DNA of 64,000 nucleotides from Clostridia bacterium (GTDB lineage Bacteria; Bacillota; Clostridia; Oscillospirales; UBA644): contig JAFRTE010000007.1 in assembly GCA_017427285.1 (NCBI GenBank), positions 134,035 through 198,034 on the forward strand, written 5' to 3'. This document shows positions 18,955 to 26,408 of this stretch, in pieces (position 1 is the first letter of the stretch; each line of letters opens with the position of its first letter). Position numbers and translations under genes: made by a program. The notes beneath the pieces were generated by a model that was not told the DNA's origin, ran no database searches, and was given only the letters and a program-made list of their open reading frames with translations.

Positions 18955-20772
18955 TTATTTTGCGGGAATCCATACGGTCATATCCGTTTCGCCGCGGTTT
19001 TCCATACCGTAATACGGGATAAATTTAAGTTTTCTCGGTCGGAACATACGTTTATCCGCGGGATAATACAGAGCGTCGTTTTCACAGATTTCGTATCCGC
19101 TGCAATTTATGACCGGCAAAGAGAAATACGGATCGGGAGTTATTTCAAAATCCGCGTCAAGGTCCGCATACAAAGAGAAAATATCGCCTTCATTGTCAAC
19201 ACCTTCGAGGCAGTAGACTATCGGGCCGTATTGCAAAGCGACTTTGCCGATATTTTCGTGAATTGACGAAGATGCCACAAACTGCGGTCTGATATTGAAA
19301 TCAATGTCAACAGATGAAATGTCGGTAAAATAAGCGTAGCCGTCTTTCATTGTATATTTTTCGGATGCGCGGAAATTGCGGCACCAAGACGGAACACGAA
19401 GAGCAATATTTTTGTATCCGCTTGTCTCGATTTTTACTTTTCCGTTTGAAGGATAATCCGTGATCTGCTTTACGGTTTTGCCGTCAAAAGACGTTTCGGA
19501 GTTAATATACTGATGCACAAACAGGGTCTCGGCATCGTCGGTATAAAGGAAATCGGCGATCGACGCTATAAATCTCAGTATATTCGGAGGACAGCAGGAA
19601 CAACCGAACATTTTTACTCTCTGTGTGATCGGATAACGCTCTTTTTCTGCTGTTGCTGGGTTTTTATGATGATTTTTCACTTCGATCCTGAGCGGATTTT
19701 CGTAAAAGAAATCGTCACCGTTTACAGAAACGCCGGAAATGCTTCCGTTATACATTGCAATTTCGGCAATATCACCGTATGCTCCGACGGGCTTAATCTG
19801 ATACATTCTGCGGCAGAAAAGCGCAAGCCCAATAGTGGCGCAGGTTTCGGTATACGCCGTTTCGTTCGGAAGATCGTAATCTACAGTAAAGGCTTCGCCG
19901 AGTCTTGAAGATCCAACACCTCCAGTGATATACATACGCTTTTCGGAAACGTTGCGAAAGATTTTTTCGCACGCGCTAAAAAGAGCATCATCGCTGCATT
20001 CTCTTGCCAGATCCGCCATTGCGGCACAAAGATACATTGCTCTTACGGAATGTCCTTCTGCGGTAGTTTGCTCGCGAACGGGAAGCTGATCCTGGAAATA
20101 CCACGGAGTAGTCCAATTTGCATAATGATTTTTATCTTTTTCGTTGCAGCCCTTTGAATCGATAAAGAATTTTGAAAGGTCGAGATATTTTCTGTCGCCG
20201 GTCGTATGATAGAGTTTAACGAGAGCAAGCTCTATTTCTTCGTGACCGGGAGTAACGAATGCGGCGGAACCATCTTTAACAAACACTCTGATAATCAATT
20301 CGAGGTACTTTTTCACCAACGTGAGCAGCTTATCCTTCCCGGTAGCGTGATAATAAGCCGTTGCGGCTTCAATGAGATGGCCGAGGCAGTAAAGCTCGTG
20401 ATTCATACGGTTTGTAAAACGTTTATCTGTTTCGTAAACGTTATAATAGCAGTTGTAGTACCCGTCTTCTTTCTGACTTGCGCACATATCGTCTATAAGC
20501 GCATCCGTCATGGCTTCAAGTCTTTCGTCACGGTTTTCCTCCAGATAATACGCAACGCCTTCAATCCATTTAGCGACGTCTGAGTCCCAGAAGATATGAG
20601 AATGCCAGCCCTCATTTTTCTGTTGTTCTCCGTTGCATTTCAACGCCTCGAAACGCTTTGTTTCTTTAAAACGGTCATAAACCGCATCAACGGTAACATT
20701 TTTTGAAACACGCTGTTTTTCTCCCCAGAAAGAACCGTTGATATGCGTGCAGTAAAAAGGAATCTGCCTCAT
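18955..20772 (-). CDS. Glycoside hydrolase family 127 (DUF1680, beta-L-arabinofuranosidase-like)
   Basis: 605 aa with HELYCLGHLIEAA, ETCA and CSCCPPN Cys-cluster motifs. Confidence 0.8.
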   Translation of the reverse strand: MRQIPFYCTHINGSFWGEKQRVSKNVTVDAVYDRFKETKRFEALKCNGEQQKNEGWHSHIFWDSDVAKWIEGVAYYLEENRDERLEAMTDALIDDMCASQKEDGYYNCYYNVYETDKRFTNRMNHELYCLGHLIEAATAYYHATGKDKLLTLVKKYLELIIRVFVKDGSAAFVTPGHEEIELALVKLYHTTGDRKYLDLSKFFIDSKGCNEKDKNHYANWTTPWYFQDQLPVREQTTAEGHSVRAMYLCAAMADLARECSDDALFSACEKIFRNVSEKRMYITGGVGSSRLGEAFTVDYDLPNETAYTETCATIGLALFCRRMYQIKPVGAYGDIAEIAMYNGSISGVSVNGDDFFYENPLRIEVKNHHKNPATAEKERYPITQRVKMFGCSCCPPNILRFIASIADFLYTDDAETLFVHQYINSETSFDGKTVKQITDYPSNGKVKIETSGYKNIALRVPSWCRNFRASEKYTMKDGYAYFTDISSVDIDFNIRPQFVASSSIHENIGKVALQYGPIVYCLEGVDNEGDIFSLYADLDADFEITPDPYFSLPVINCSGYEICENDALYYPADKRMFRPRKLKFIPYYGMENRGETDMTVWIPAK

Positions 20773-20924
20773 TTAAAGAAGCCCCTTTCATAATAAATTT
20801 CATATTTGAATTGTCTGATAAAAAGACAAAACCATACATATACAGTATACACCAAGTAAATGAATATGTCAACAGAAAAGTTTTGAAAAATTGATATCCG
20901 CAAACTGTTTTTTTGCGCGTTGTG

Positions 20925-20953
20925 TTGACAATTTGGAATATTTACATTATAAT
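20925..20953 (+). promoter_or_regulatory. Sigma-A type promoter of the DUF4037 gene
   Basis: TTGACA, 17-nt spacer, TATAAT, about 40 nt upstream of ATG 20994. Confidence 0.6.
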
Positions 20954-20993
20954 ATAATCGTGAATAGCGATAAAGTCCCGAAAGGATATCAAA

Positions 20994-21944
20994 ATGAACA
21001 GCGTGACGGATAAAAACAGATATTTTTACGAAAAATACGTTGCAAAGCTTATACGCGAAAGATTTTCGGAATATGAAAACAGAATTGCGGTAGGGATCGC
21101 CGGCGAAGGATCGGACTGTTTCGGGTATGACGACGAAATATCGAGAGATCACGATTTCGGGACAGGCGTCTGTCTTTGGCTGACTGATGATGATATGAAG
21201 CTTTTCGGATATCAGCTTTCGATAGCTTACAATGAACTTGTGGACAGCAAGTCGCGTTCTTATTATACCGACAGACTTCGCAACAGACGTGGTGTTATGA
21301 CGATACACGGTTTTTACTCGGATATCCTTCAGATCGACTGCGATACGGAAAACTGCGCTTTAACCGAAAGCGACTGGTACAGACTTGACCATTCATGTCT
21401 GAAAACAGCGACGAACGGAGAGGTTTTCCGCGACGACCTAGGGGTCTTCACTAATTTTCGTAATTATCTGCTCAGTTACTACCCTGAAAAGATATGGAGA
21501 AGAAGGATCTCAGAGCAGCTGCATGAATACGCTTCATCCATTCAGGTAAATTACGCGAGATGTATGACGAGAAAAGATATCGTTGCTGCGGAGCTGTGCA
21601 AGGCAAGAGGGATAAACGCTGCTATGGAACTGTTTTTCCTTCTCAGCCGAGAATATCCTCCGTATTACAAATGGAAATACAGAGCTCTTTCGGACCTTGA
21701 CAAGGACGGAAGTTTTTCGGAGAAAATAGGAGAGCTTGCGTCTGAAAACATCAGTATTCAGGCGTGGGAAGATACAAAGTACCGTCCGAACAGACTGAAC
21801 TATAAAGACAGAATAGTGTCTGTATCGGAAGAGATCGCCTCCGAAATCGAACAGATGATGATAAAAAAAAGGATGACTCAGGCAAAAGGAAGATATCTGG
21901 AACTGCATGTAGACGCTGTTTTAAATAATAACGGCACAAAATGA
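20994..21944 (+). CDS. DUF4037-like (nucleotidyltransferase-associated) protein
   Basis: 316 aa. The N-terminal GIAGEGSDCFGYDDEISRDHDFGTGVCLWL segment recalls DUF4037 proteins, judged from memory. Confidence 0.55.
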   Translation: MNSVTDKNRYFYEKYVAKLIRERFSEYENRIAVGIAGEGSDCFGYDDEISRDHDFGTGVCLWLTDDDMKLFGYQLSIAYNELVDSKSRSYYTDRLRNRRGVMTIHGFYSDILQIDCDTENCALTESDWYRLDHSCLKTATNGEVFRDDLGVFTNFRNYLLSYYPEKIWRRRISEQLHEYASSIQVNYARCMTRKDIVAAELCKARGINAAMELFFLLSREYPPYYKWKYRALSDLDKDGSFSEKIGELASENISIQAWEDTKYRPNRLNYKDRIVSVSEEIASEIEQMMIKKRMTQAKGRYLELHVDAVLNNNGTK

Positions 21945-21987
21945 ACTGCGATTTAGGCGTTCTCTCCTGCCCCGACATCGGTTTATT

Positions 21988-22041
21988 ATGCTACTTACTG
22001 TCTTTTTTTGCAACTTACTGCCTTAAAAATGCAACTTACCG
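21988..22041 (+). repeat. Three direct 13-nt repeats (consensus wTGCaACTTACyG) at 20- and 21-nt spacing
   Basis: Copies at 21988-22000 (ATGCTACTTACTG), 22008-22020 (TTGCAACTTACTG) and 22029-22041 (ATGCAACTTACCG), directly upstream of the 22051 promoter. Confidence 0.7.
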
Positions 22042-22050
22042 ATAAAGGGG

Positions 22051-22079
22051 TTGACGAATCGCGGTTTTCGGGTTATACT
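22051..22079 (+). promoter_or_regulatory. Sigma-A type promoter pointing toward the RT 3' end, antisense to the 17-codon ORF
   Basis: TTGACG, 17-nt spacer, TATACT. Confidence 0.55.
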
Positions 22080-22126
22080 ATAATCACAAAAGACAAACCG
22101 ATTATGAATAATTCGATTTTTTTCAT
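22073..22126 (-). CDS. 17-aa hydrophobic peptide MKKIELFIIGLSFVIIV (candidate type I toxin-like or small membrane peptide)
   Basis: AAGGAGG lies 7 nt upstream of the ATG at 22126. Two Lys residues are followed by an uninterrupted hydrophobic stretch. It is too short for the ORF track. Confidence 0.4.
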   Translation of the reverse strand: MKKIELFIIGLSFVIIV

Positions 22127-22185
22127 ATATTTTCCTCCTTTCTTAATGTTAGACGAAAAGCTCCGAGCAGTATCGGAGCTTTTTT
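22086..22185 (+). ncRNA. Predicted ~100-nt antisense RNA covering the 17-codon ORF and its SD
   Basis: Bounded by the 22051 promoter and the plus-oriented terminator at 22156-22185. No plus-strand ORF with an SD is present. Confidence 0.4.
22156..22185 (+). terminator. Intrinsic terminator with T6 run on the plus strand; also lies 3' of the RT gene
   Basis: AAAAGCTCCGA, loop gcagta, TCGGAGCTTTT, followed by TT. Confidence 0.7.
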
Positions 22186-22195
22186 GTTGCAGGAA

Positions 22196-23404
22196 TTAAT
22201 CGGATTTTTGTTTTCTGCGCGAATAGTATTCGTGAACGAGGCATTTATAGCCCAGATTTTTAATGTCTTCGTATCTGACATCAAATCGGGCTTTTGTATG
22301 TTTTCCTTTAATAAGATAGCGTATACAGTCCTGTGCGTAGCGGTCGATTTCGCAAAGACTCGCGGACGTGCTTATCACGGGGAAAAACCAGTCGCTCCAG
22401 CAAAGCTCGTTATCACGGGCGTTTTCGAGGAGTTTTCGGTTGAATACGCGGATAAACGCCTTTGCTGCGCGTTCGCCCGAAGCTTCGCTCCTGTCTTTCC
22501 AACGTTTTAAGGCGTCACGTTTTCTTCGCATTTTCTGTTTCAGTTTTTTGACCGTTGCGGGCGCAATATCAACATAAGGTCCTTTGCAGAAAAAACCGAG
22601 GAACGTAAAGCCCTCGCCGGGAGACGTAAATACTTCTTTTGAAGGATTTACGGACAGTTTATGAGAGGATAAAAAAGCTTTTATGTAGTCCGCATAAGCA
22701 AGGACGGTTTCTTTATCCTTTGCGAAAACGATGATATCGTCGGAATACCTGGCATATATTATCTTTTTTTCATAAAAATATCCGTCGAGCTTATAAAGAA
22801 AGAGATTTGCGAAAAAGGAGGAAAGCGGAGTCCCGGCCATGATACCTTTTTTTTCCGATACGGTCTTTCCTTTGTCTGAAACGAGAGGTTCTTTAAGCAG
22901 AGATATCAAAAACGCCAAAAGCTCGGGATCTTCCGCACAAACGTTTTCGAGCATAGGAAGAAGGAGATCGACCGGTATGGAATTGAAATAATCGCTGATA
23001 TCGACTTTATATGAATAACAGGCATCTAAATATCGGTGTTTAAGCAGATACCTCACAGCATCCTTCGCGGTCCTTTGAGGGCGGAAAGAATATAGGTTCG
23101 GAGAAAAAAGAAAGTCGTATTTCCTTAAAATCAGCCACGTCAGCAGCTTTAAAACGGTATTTTCGTCATCAGGATAAGTATAAACGACGCGTTTCTTTTC
23201 CGAGCCGAGTTTGCTTATAACCGATTTGACAGGCAACGGAAACGGTTTTCCGTTTATGATATTTTCAGCAACGGGAATATAACGCTTTGCATCAATAAAC
23301 GCCCGAAGCTCGGATACAAATTGCTTAGGACTTGCAAGAGACTGTTTGTATAAATAAAACCGTTCCCATACGGATTCATCCGACAGGAGATAGAGAAGTG
23401 ACAT
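22196..23404 (-). CDS. Stand-alone reverse transcriptase (RNA-directed DNA polymerase), non-intron, non-DGR
   Basis: 402 aa. RT motifs YSFRPQRTAKDAV, YKVDISDYFNSI, GTPLSSFFANLFL, YARYSDDIIVFA and FTFLGFF. Helical thumb-like C-terminus. Confidence 0.9.
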   Translation of the reverse strand: MSLLYLLSDESVWERFYLYKQSLASPKQFVSELRAFIDAKRYIPVAENIINGKPFPLPVKSVISKLGSEKKRVVYTYPDDENTVLKLLTWLILRKYDFLFSPNLYSFRPQRTAKDAVRYLLKHRYLDACYSYKVDISDYFNSIPVDLLLPMLENVCAEDPELLAFLISLLKEPLVSDKGKTVSEKKGIMAGTPLSSFFANLFLYKLDGYFYEKKIIYARYSDDIIVFAKDKETVLAYADYIKAFLSSHKLSVNPSKEVFTSPGEGFTFLGFFCKGPYVDIAPATVKKLKQKMRRKRDALKRWKDRSEASGERAAKAFIRVFNRKLLENARDNELCWSDWFFPVISTSASLCEIDRYAQDCIRYLIKGKHTKARFDVRYEDIKNLGYKCLVHEYYSRRKQKSD

Positions 23405-23414
23405 TTAAATCTAC

Positions 23415-23558
23415 CAAAAAAAGCAGAAAGAAAAGACGTTAAATCCCGTAAATTACGGGATGTACAAGACCGTACACGGACATGCTGCCTGCGAAGCCGT
23501 TTTTCCGTCCGTGCCGGGTCCGCCGCAGGCGCAAAGCGTTTTCTTTCTGCTTTTAAGC
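23415..23558 (-). ncRNA. Candidate RT-associated structured ncRNA (retron msr-msd-like or DRT template-like)
   Basis: ORF-free region. A 16-nt perfect inverted repeat (23554-23539 with 23434-23419) encloses 104 GC-rich nt containing 7-8-bp stems. Its own promoter lies upstream. Confidence 0.55.
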
Positions 23559-23565
23559 ATATATA

Positions 23566-23574
23566 ATTATATCA
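23566..23574 (-). promoter_or_regulatory. Extended -10 promoter element TGATATAAT for the ncRNA/RT transcript
   Basis: The TGA is the stop codon of the 171-aa ORF. TATAAT is at 23571-23566. The inverted-repeat arm begins about 12 nt downstream. Confidence 0.5.
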
Positions 23575-24087
23575 GCCATTCAGCACATTGCGCATACGGC
23601 TGACAACATATGCGCGCGTGTTCCACCAACCCTCATGGTTATAGTAAAAGCGCAGATAACCGATGTTTGCGTTTTTGCAGTCGCTGCGCAGTTTATATGC
23701 AGAACAGGATTCCGGCATCAGTTCAACGACAAGGATCTTTCCCGCCGCGCCGTAAAAAGAGTAAACGATCCTTCTTCCGCCGCGAAGTATTTCTTTTTCA
23801 TAACAGTATGAAGAAAACTCGGAGTTGAAAATCGATTCGAAATACTGTGTGAAAGAACCGTTAAAATTAAACTGGTTTTCTTCATCAGGCATATTTTCGC
23901 CCCATGATAATCCTGACGATGAAGCAGAAGACACCTGCCTTGCGGCGGGAGCGACGGAAGAAGCTGTATTCTGACTGTTTTGAGTCGAGGTATTTTGCTG
24001 CGTATTTCCGAGAAGTCCCGTTAAAAAATCCTTCGCCGCTTTTTCGGCTTTTTTATCTCCGCCGAGAAGTTTTGACAGTAAGCTCAT
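23572..24087 (-). CDS. Hypothetical protein: low-complexity Q/S/T-rich N-terminus plus ~100-aa C-terminal globular domain
   Basis: 171-aa ORF immediately upstream of the ncRNA/RT on the same strand. I recognise no family. Confidence 0.6.
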   Translation of the reverse strand: MSLLSKLLGGDKKAEKAAKDFLTGLLGNTQQNTSTQNSQNTASSVAPAARQVSSASSSGLSWGENMPDEENQFNFNGSFTQYFESIFNSEFSSYCYEKEILRGGRRIVYSFYGAAGKILVVELMPESCSAYKLRSDCKNANIGYLRFYYNHEGWWNTRAYVVSRMRNVLNG

Positions 24088-24144
24088 AGTTTTTCCTTTC
24101 TGTAAATTCGGTAAGAGTGTGATTTTTCCAAAGTATAATCGGTA

Positions 24145-25326
24145 TTATAATTTTTCAAAAATAAGATGGGATATTTCCCCGAAAATTGTGCATTCCCGAG
24201 ATTTTTCGGTCAGTACGGTCTCCTTGCCGTCCGCGACGATTTTCTGATGAGTAAGATTTCTTGCAAGGACCGTAGGATATTCGGGGCGAAGGTCCTTTTC
24301 GGGCGGCCTTCGTAAATTTGTGATTTCAAAACCGTCGCAATGTTCCTCGGCAACTATCAGGTTAGTTGAATCGAAGGCGCCTTCGGTAAAATAAAAAGTG
24401 CAGTCCGATATTTTTACGTCGGAAACGTTGCCAACGCCGTTAGGCGCACTTTCCTCCTTAAAAAGAGGAGTTCTGCAATATCTTGCGGCATCCATATTTA
24501 TTCCGTTGCAGCGACAGCCCGCAGTGATATTTTCTATGCGGATATGCTTTATCGGAGATGTAACGGAAGCGAACCTGATTGCCGAATGGCAATCTTCGGC
24601 ATAAATATTTTTACAAACGATATTTTCTATCGGTCCGCATGCAAGACCTCTGTTTTCGTGTCTGAAAAGAGAGTCGTCTGCATTGAAAGCGAGAAGATCG
24701 TCGTTTGTCTGTCCCTTCACGAGCGCTCTGATATTTTCGACAACTCCGTCGCGGCAATATCCGCCGAAATGGATGCCGTCCTGGTTAGGACCAAGTGTAT
24801 CGGAGGTCAAACCTATATTTTTCAGTTCAAAACCGCGGACCCTGCTGAGCCGGATATAAAATGCCATTGAATTTGCAACAGTAAGATTTAAAAGTCTGAG
24901 ATTTTTTACGGTAACGAAATTTAAACATGCGCAGCTTGCCGCGCCGATTTCGTAAAGGTCGCGCGGTTTAACATTAAATTCTCTTCCTAAACCTCCGTCC
25001 CAGACGCCGCCCTCAACGGTAATATCTTCGTTGCCGTCCTCTTCGTCGGAATTTGTCAGGAGAAAATCGCCCTGAACAGGCTTTCTTTTATAAACAAAAA
25101 TGATCCTTGCGTCAGAATCTGCATGAATATGCCTGTGAGAAGGAATTTTTATAGCGTCGTTTACGATATATGTGCCTTTAGGGATAACGATATCTTTTTC
25201 TCCGAAGTCAAGCGCCGCCTGAATTGCGGGCTGATCGTTGGCAATGCCGTCGCCTTTTACGCCGAAATCAAGGATATTGATCATTTTCGGTAGACCTTTC
25301 TTTGCATAAATATAGATTTTTTTCAT
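24145..25326 (-). CDS. Right-handed beta-helix protein of the pectate-lyase superfamily (GH28-related)
   Basis: N-terminal INILDFGVKGDGIANDQPAIQAAL motif. An alternative start at 25284 is possible. Confidence 0.65.
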   Translation of the reverse strand: MKKIYIYAKKGLPKMINILDFGVKGDGIANDQPAIQAALDFGEKDIVIPKGTYIVNDAIKIPSHRHIHADSDARIIFVYKRKPVQGDFLLTNSDEEDGNEDITVEGGVWDGGLGREFNVKPRDLYEIGAASCACLNFVTVKNLRLLNLTVANSMAFYIRLSRVRGFELKNIGLTSDTLGPNQDGIHFGGYCRDGVVENIRALVKGQTNDDLLAFNADDSLFRHENRGLACGPIENIVCKNIYAEDCHSAIRFASVTSPIKHIRIENITAGCRCNGINMDAARYCRTPLFKEESAPNGVGNVSDVKISDCTFYFTEGAFDSTNLIVAEEHCDGFEITNLRRPPEKDLRPEYPTVLARNLTHQKIVADGKETVLTEKSRECTIFGEISHLIFEKL

Positions 25327-25519
25327 ATACTGTTTTCTTAATAATATAATAAATGGTTTGATTTGTCAAGTATTTTGCTGAAAAAATAAGGAAAAACGGA
25401 ATAATTCGCCGATAAATCGCCTTTGTGGAAAAAAATTTCATATAAAAGTAACGAAATTACTCTAAAATTATGATAGAATATATGAGCAAAATTTTGATTG
25501 AATCGATGATTTTGAAAAA

Positions 25520-26368
25520 ATGAGAATAATAGAAAACAAAAACTTTCCCAACGAAAGAGACCTCTACGGAGAAAGCGGACTTATACTTAAAAACTGCACG
25601 TTCACCGGTGAAGAAGACGGCGAGTCCGCGCTGAAAGAGTCAAGAGACATAACGCTTGAAAAATGCGTTATGGATCTCAGATATCCTTTATGGCACGACA
25701 GAAACGTTGTTTTGAAAGACTGCGAAATGACTGAAAAATGCCGCGCCGCCCTCTGGTATTCTGAAAACATTGAGATCTACGGCGGCAAAATGTTCGGAAT
25801 AAAAGCATTGCGCGAGTGTGCTGATATAACAATGAAAAACGTTACGGTAAATTCACCCGAATTCGGCTGGAGAAGTAACGGCATAAAAATCGAAGAATGC
25901 GATATAACCGGCGAATATCCTTTTTTTGAGGCGAGCGGGTTAAAGTTTGACAGAGTAAAGCTAACGGGTAAATATTCATTGCAGTATACGCACGATATTG
26001 TTATAGAAAACTGCGTATTTGATACGAAAGATTCTTTCTGGCATGCAAAAAACGTTACGGTCAAAGACAGCATAATAAACGGCGAATATCTGGGCTGGTA
26101 TTCTGACGGATTGACGCTTGAAAGATGCAGGATAAAAGGGACTCAACCGTTTTGCTACTGCAAAAACCTTACGCTTATAGACTGTATAACGGAAGATGCC
26201 GATCTGGCGTTTGAGTATTCGGACGTTAATGCGACCATAAACGGAAATATCGTATCGGTCAAAAATCCCCGCAGCGGGAATATCACTGCCGACAGCATAG
26301 GCAAAATAATATTAACGGACAACAGCAAGTATGAATGTAACTGTAAAATAACAGTACGAAAAGAATAA
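25520..26368 (+). CDS. DUF3737-like beta-helix repeat protein
   Basis: 282 aa with periodic repeats (xxC/NxTF, LKDCxM, IENCVF). Family recalled from memory. Confidence 0.5.
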   Translation: MRIIENKNFPNERDLYGESGLILKNCTFTGEEDGESALKESRDITLEKCVMDLRYPLWHDRNVVLKDCEMTEKCRAALWYSENIEIYGGKMFGIKALRECADITMKNVTVNSPEFGWRSNGIKIEECDITGEYPFFEASGLKFDRVKLTGKYSLQYTHDIVIENCVFDTKDSFWHAKNVTVKDSIINGEYLGWYSDGLTLERCRIKGTQPFCYCKNLTLIDCITEDADLAFEYSDVNATINGNIVSVKNPRSGNITADSIGKIILTDNSKYECNCKITVRKE

Positions 26369-26373
26369 AAGTA

Positions 26374-26408
26374 ATCCGCACGGAATTAGCACCGTGTGGA
26401 TCTTTTTA
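26374..26408. terminator. Hairpin terminator between convergent genes
   Basis: ATCCGCACGG / CCGTGTGGAT stem with one G-U pair, followed by CTTTTTATTT. Confidence 0.6.

Noticed and set aside
20769-21308. 179-aa minus-strand ORF overlapping the GH127 start, the divergent promoter region and the DUF4037 gene.
   Set aside because: It runs through an AT-rich promoter region and lies antisense to a better-supported gene. It has no SD.
23435-23538. Stop-free reading frames through the 104-nt loop of the putative ncRNA, one on each strand (about 34 codons each). These could hint at a concatemer-encoded 'neo'-type ORF.
   Set aside because: Thirty-four stop-free codons in a GC-rich segment are not statistically remarkable. 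The enclosed length (104 nt) is not a multiple of three, and the template boundaries are unknown. I keep this only as something a cDNA-sequencing experiment would resolve.
22196-23574. Interpretation of the RT locus as a diversity-generating retroelement or a mobile group II intron.
   Set aside because: I found no template/variable repeat pair: the IGR sequence is not repeated at the 3' end of the neighbouring ORFs. There is no Avd-like gene and no SQ motif in RT motif 4. No domain V/VI-like ribozyme sequence and no endonuclease or DNA-binding extension is present, and the flanks contain only ~170 nt of non-coding sequence.
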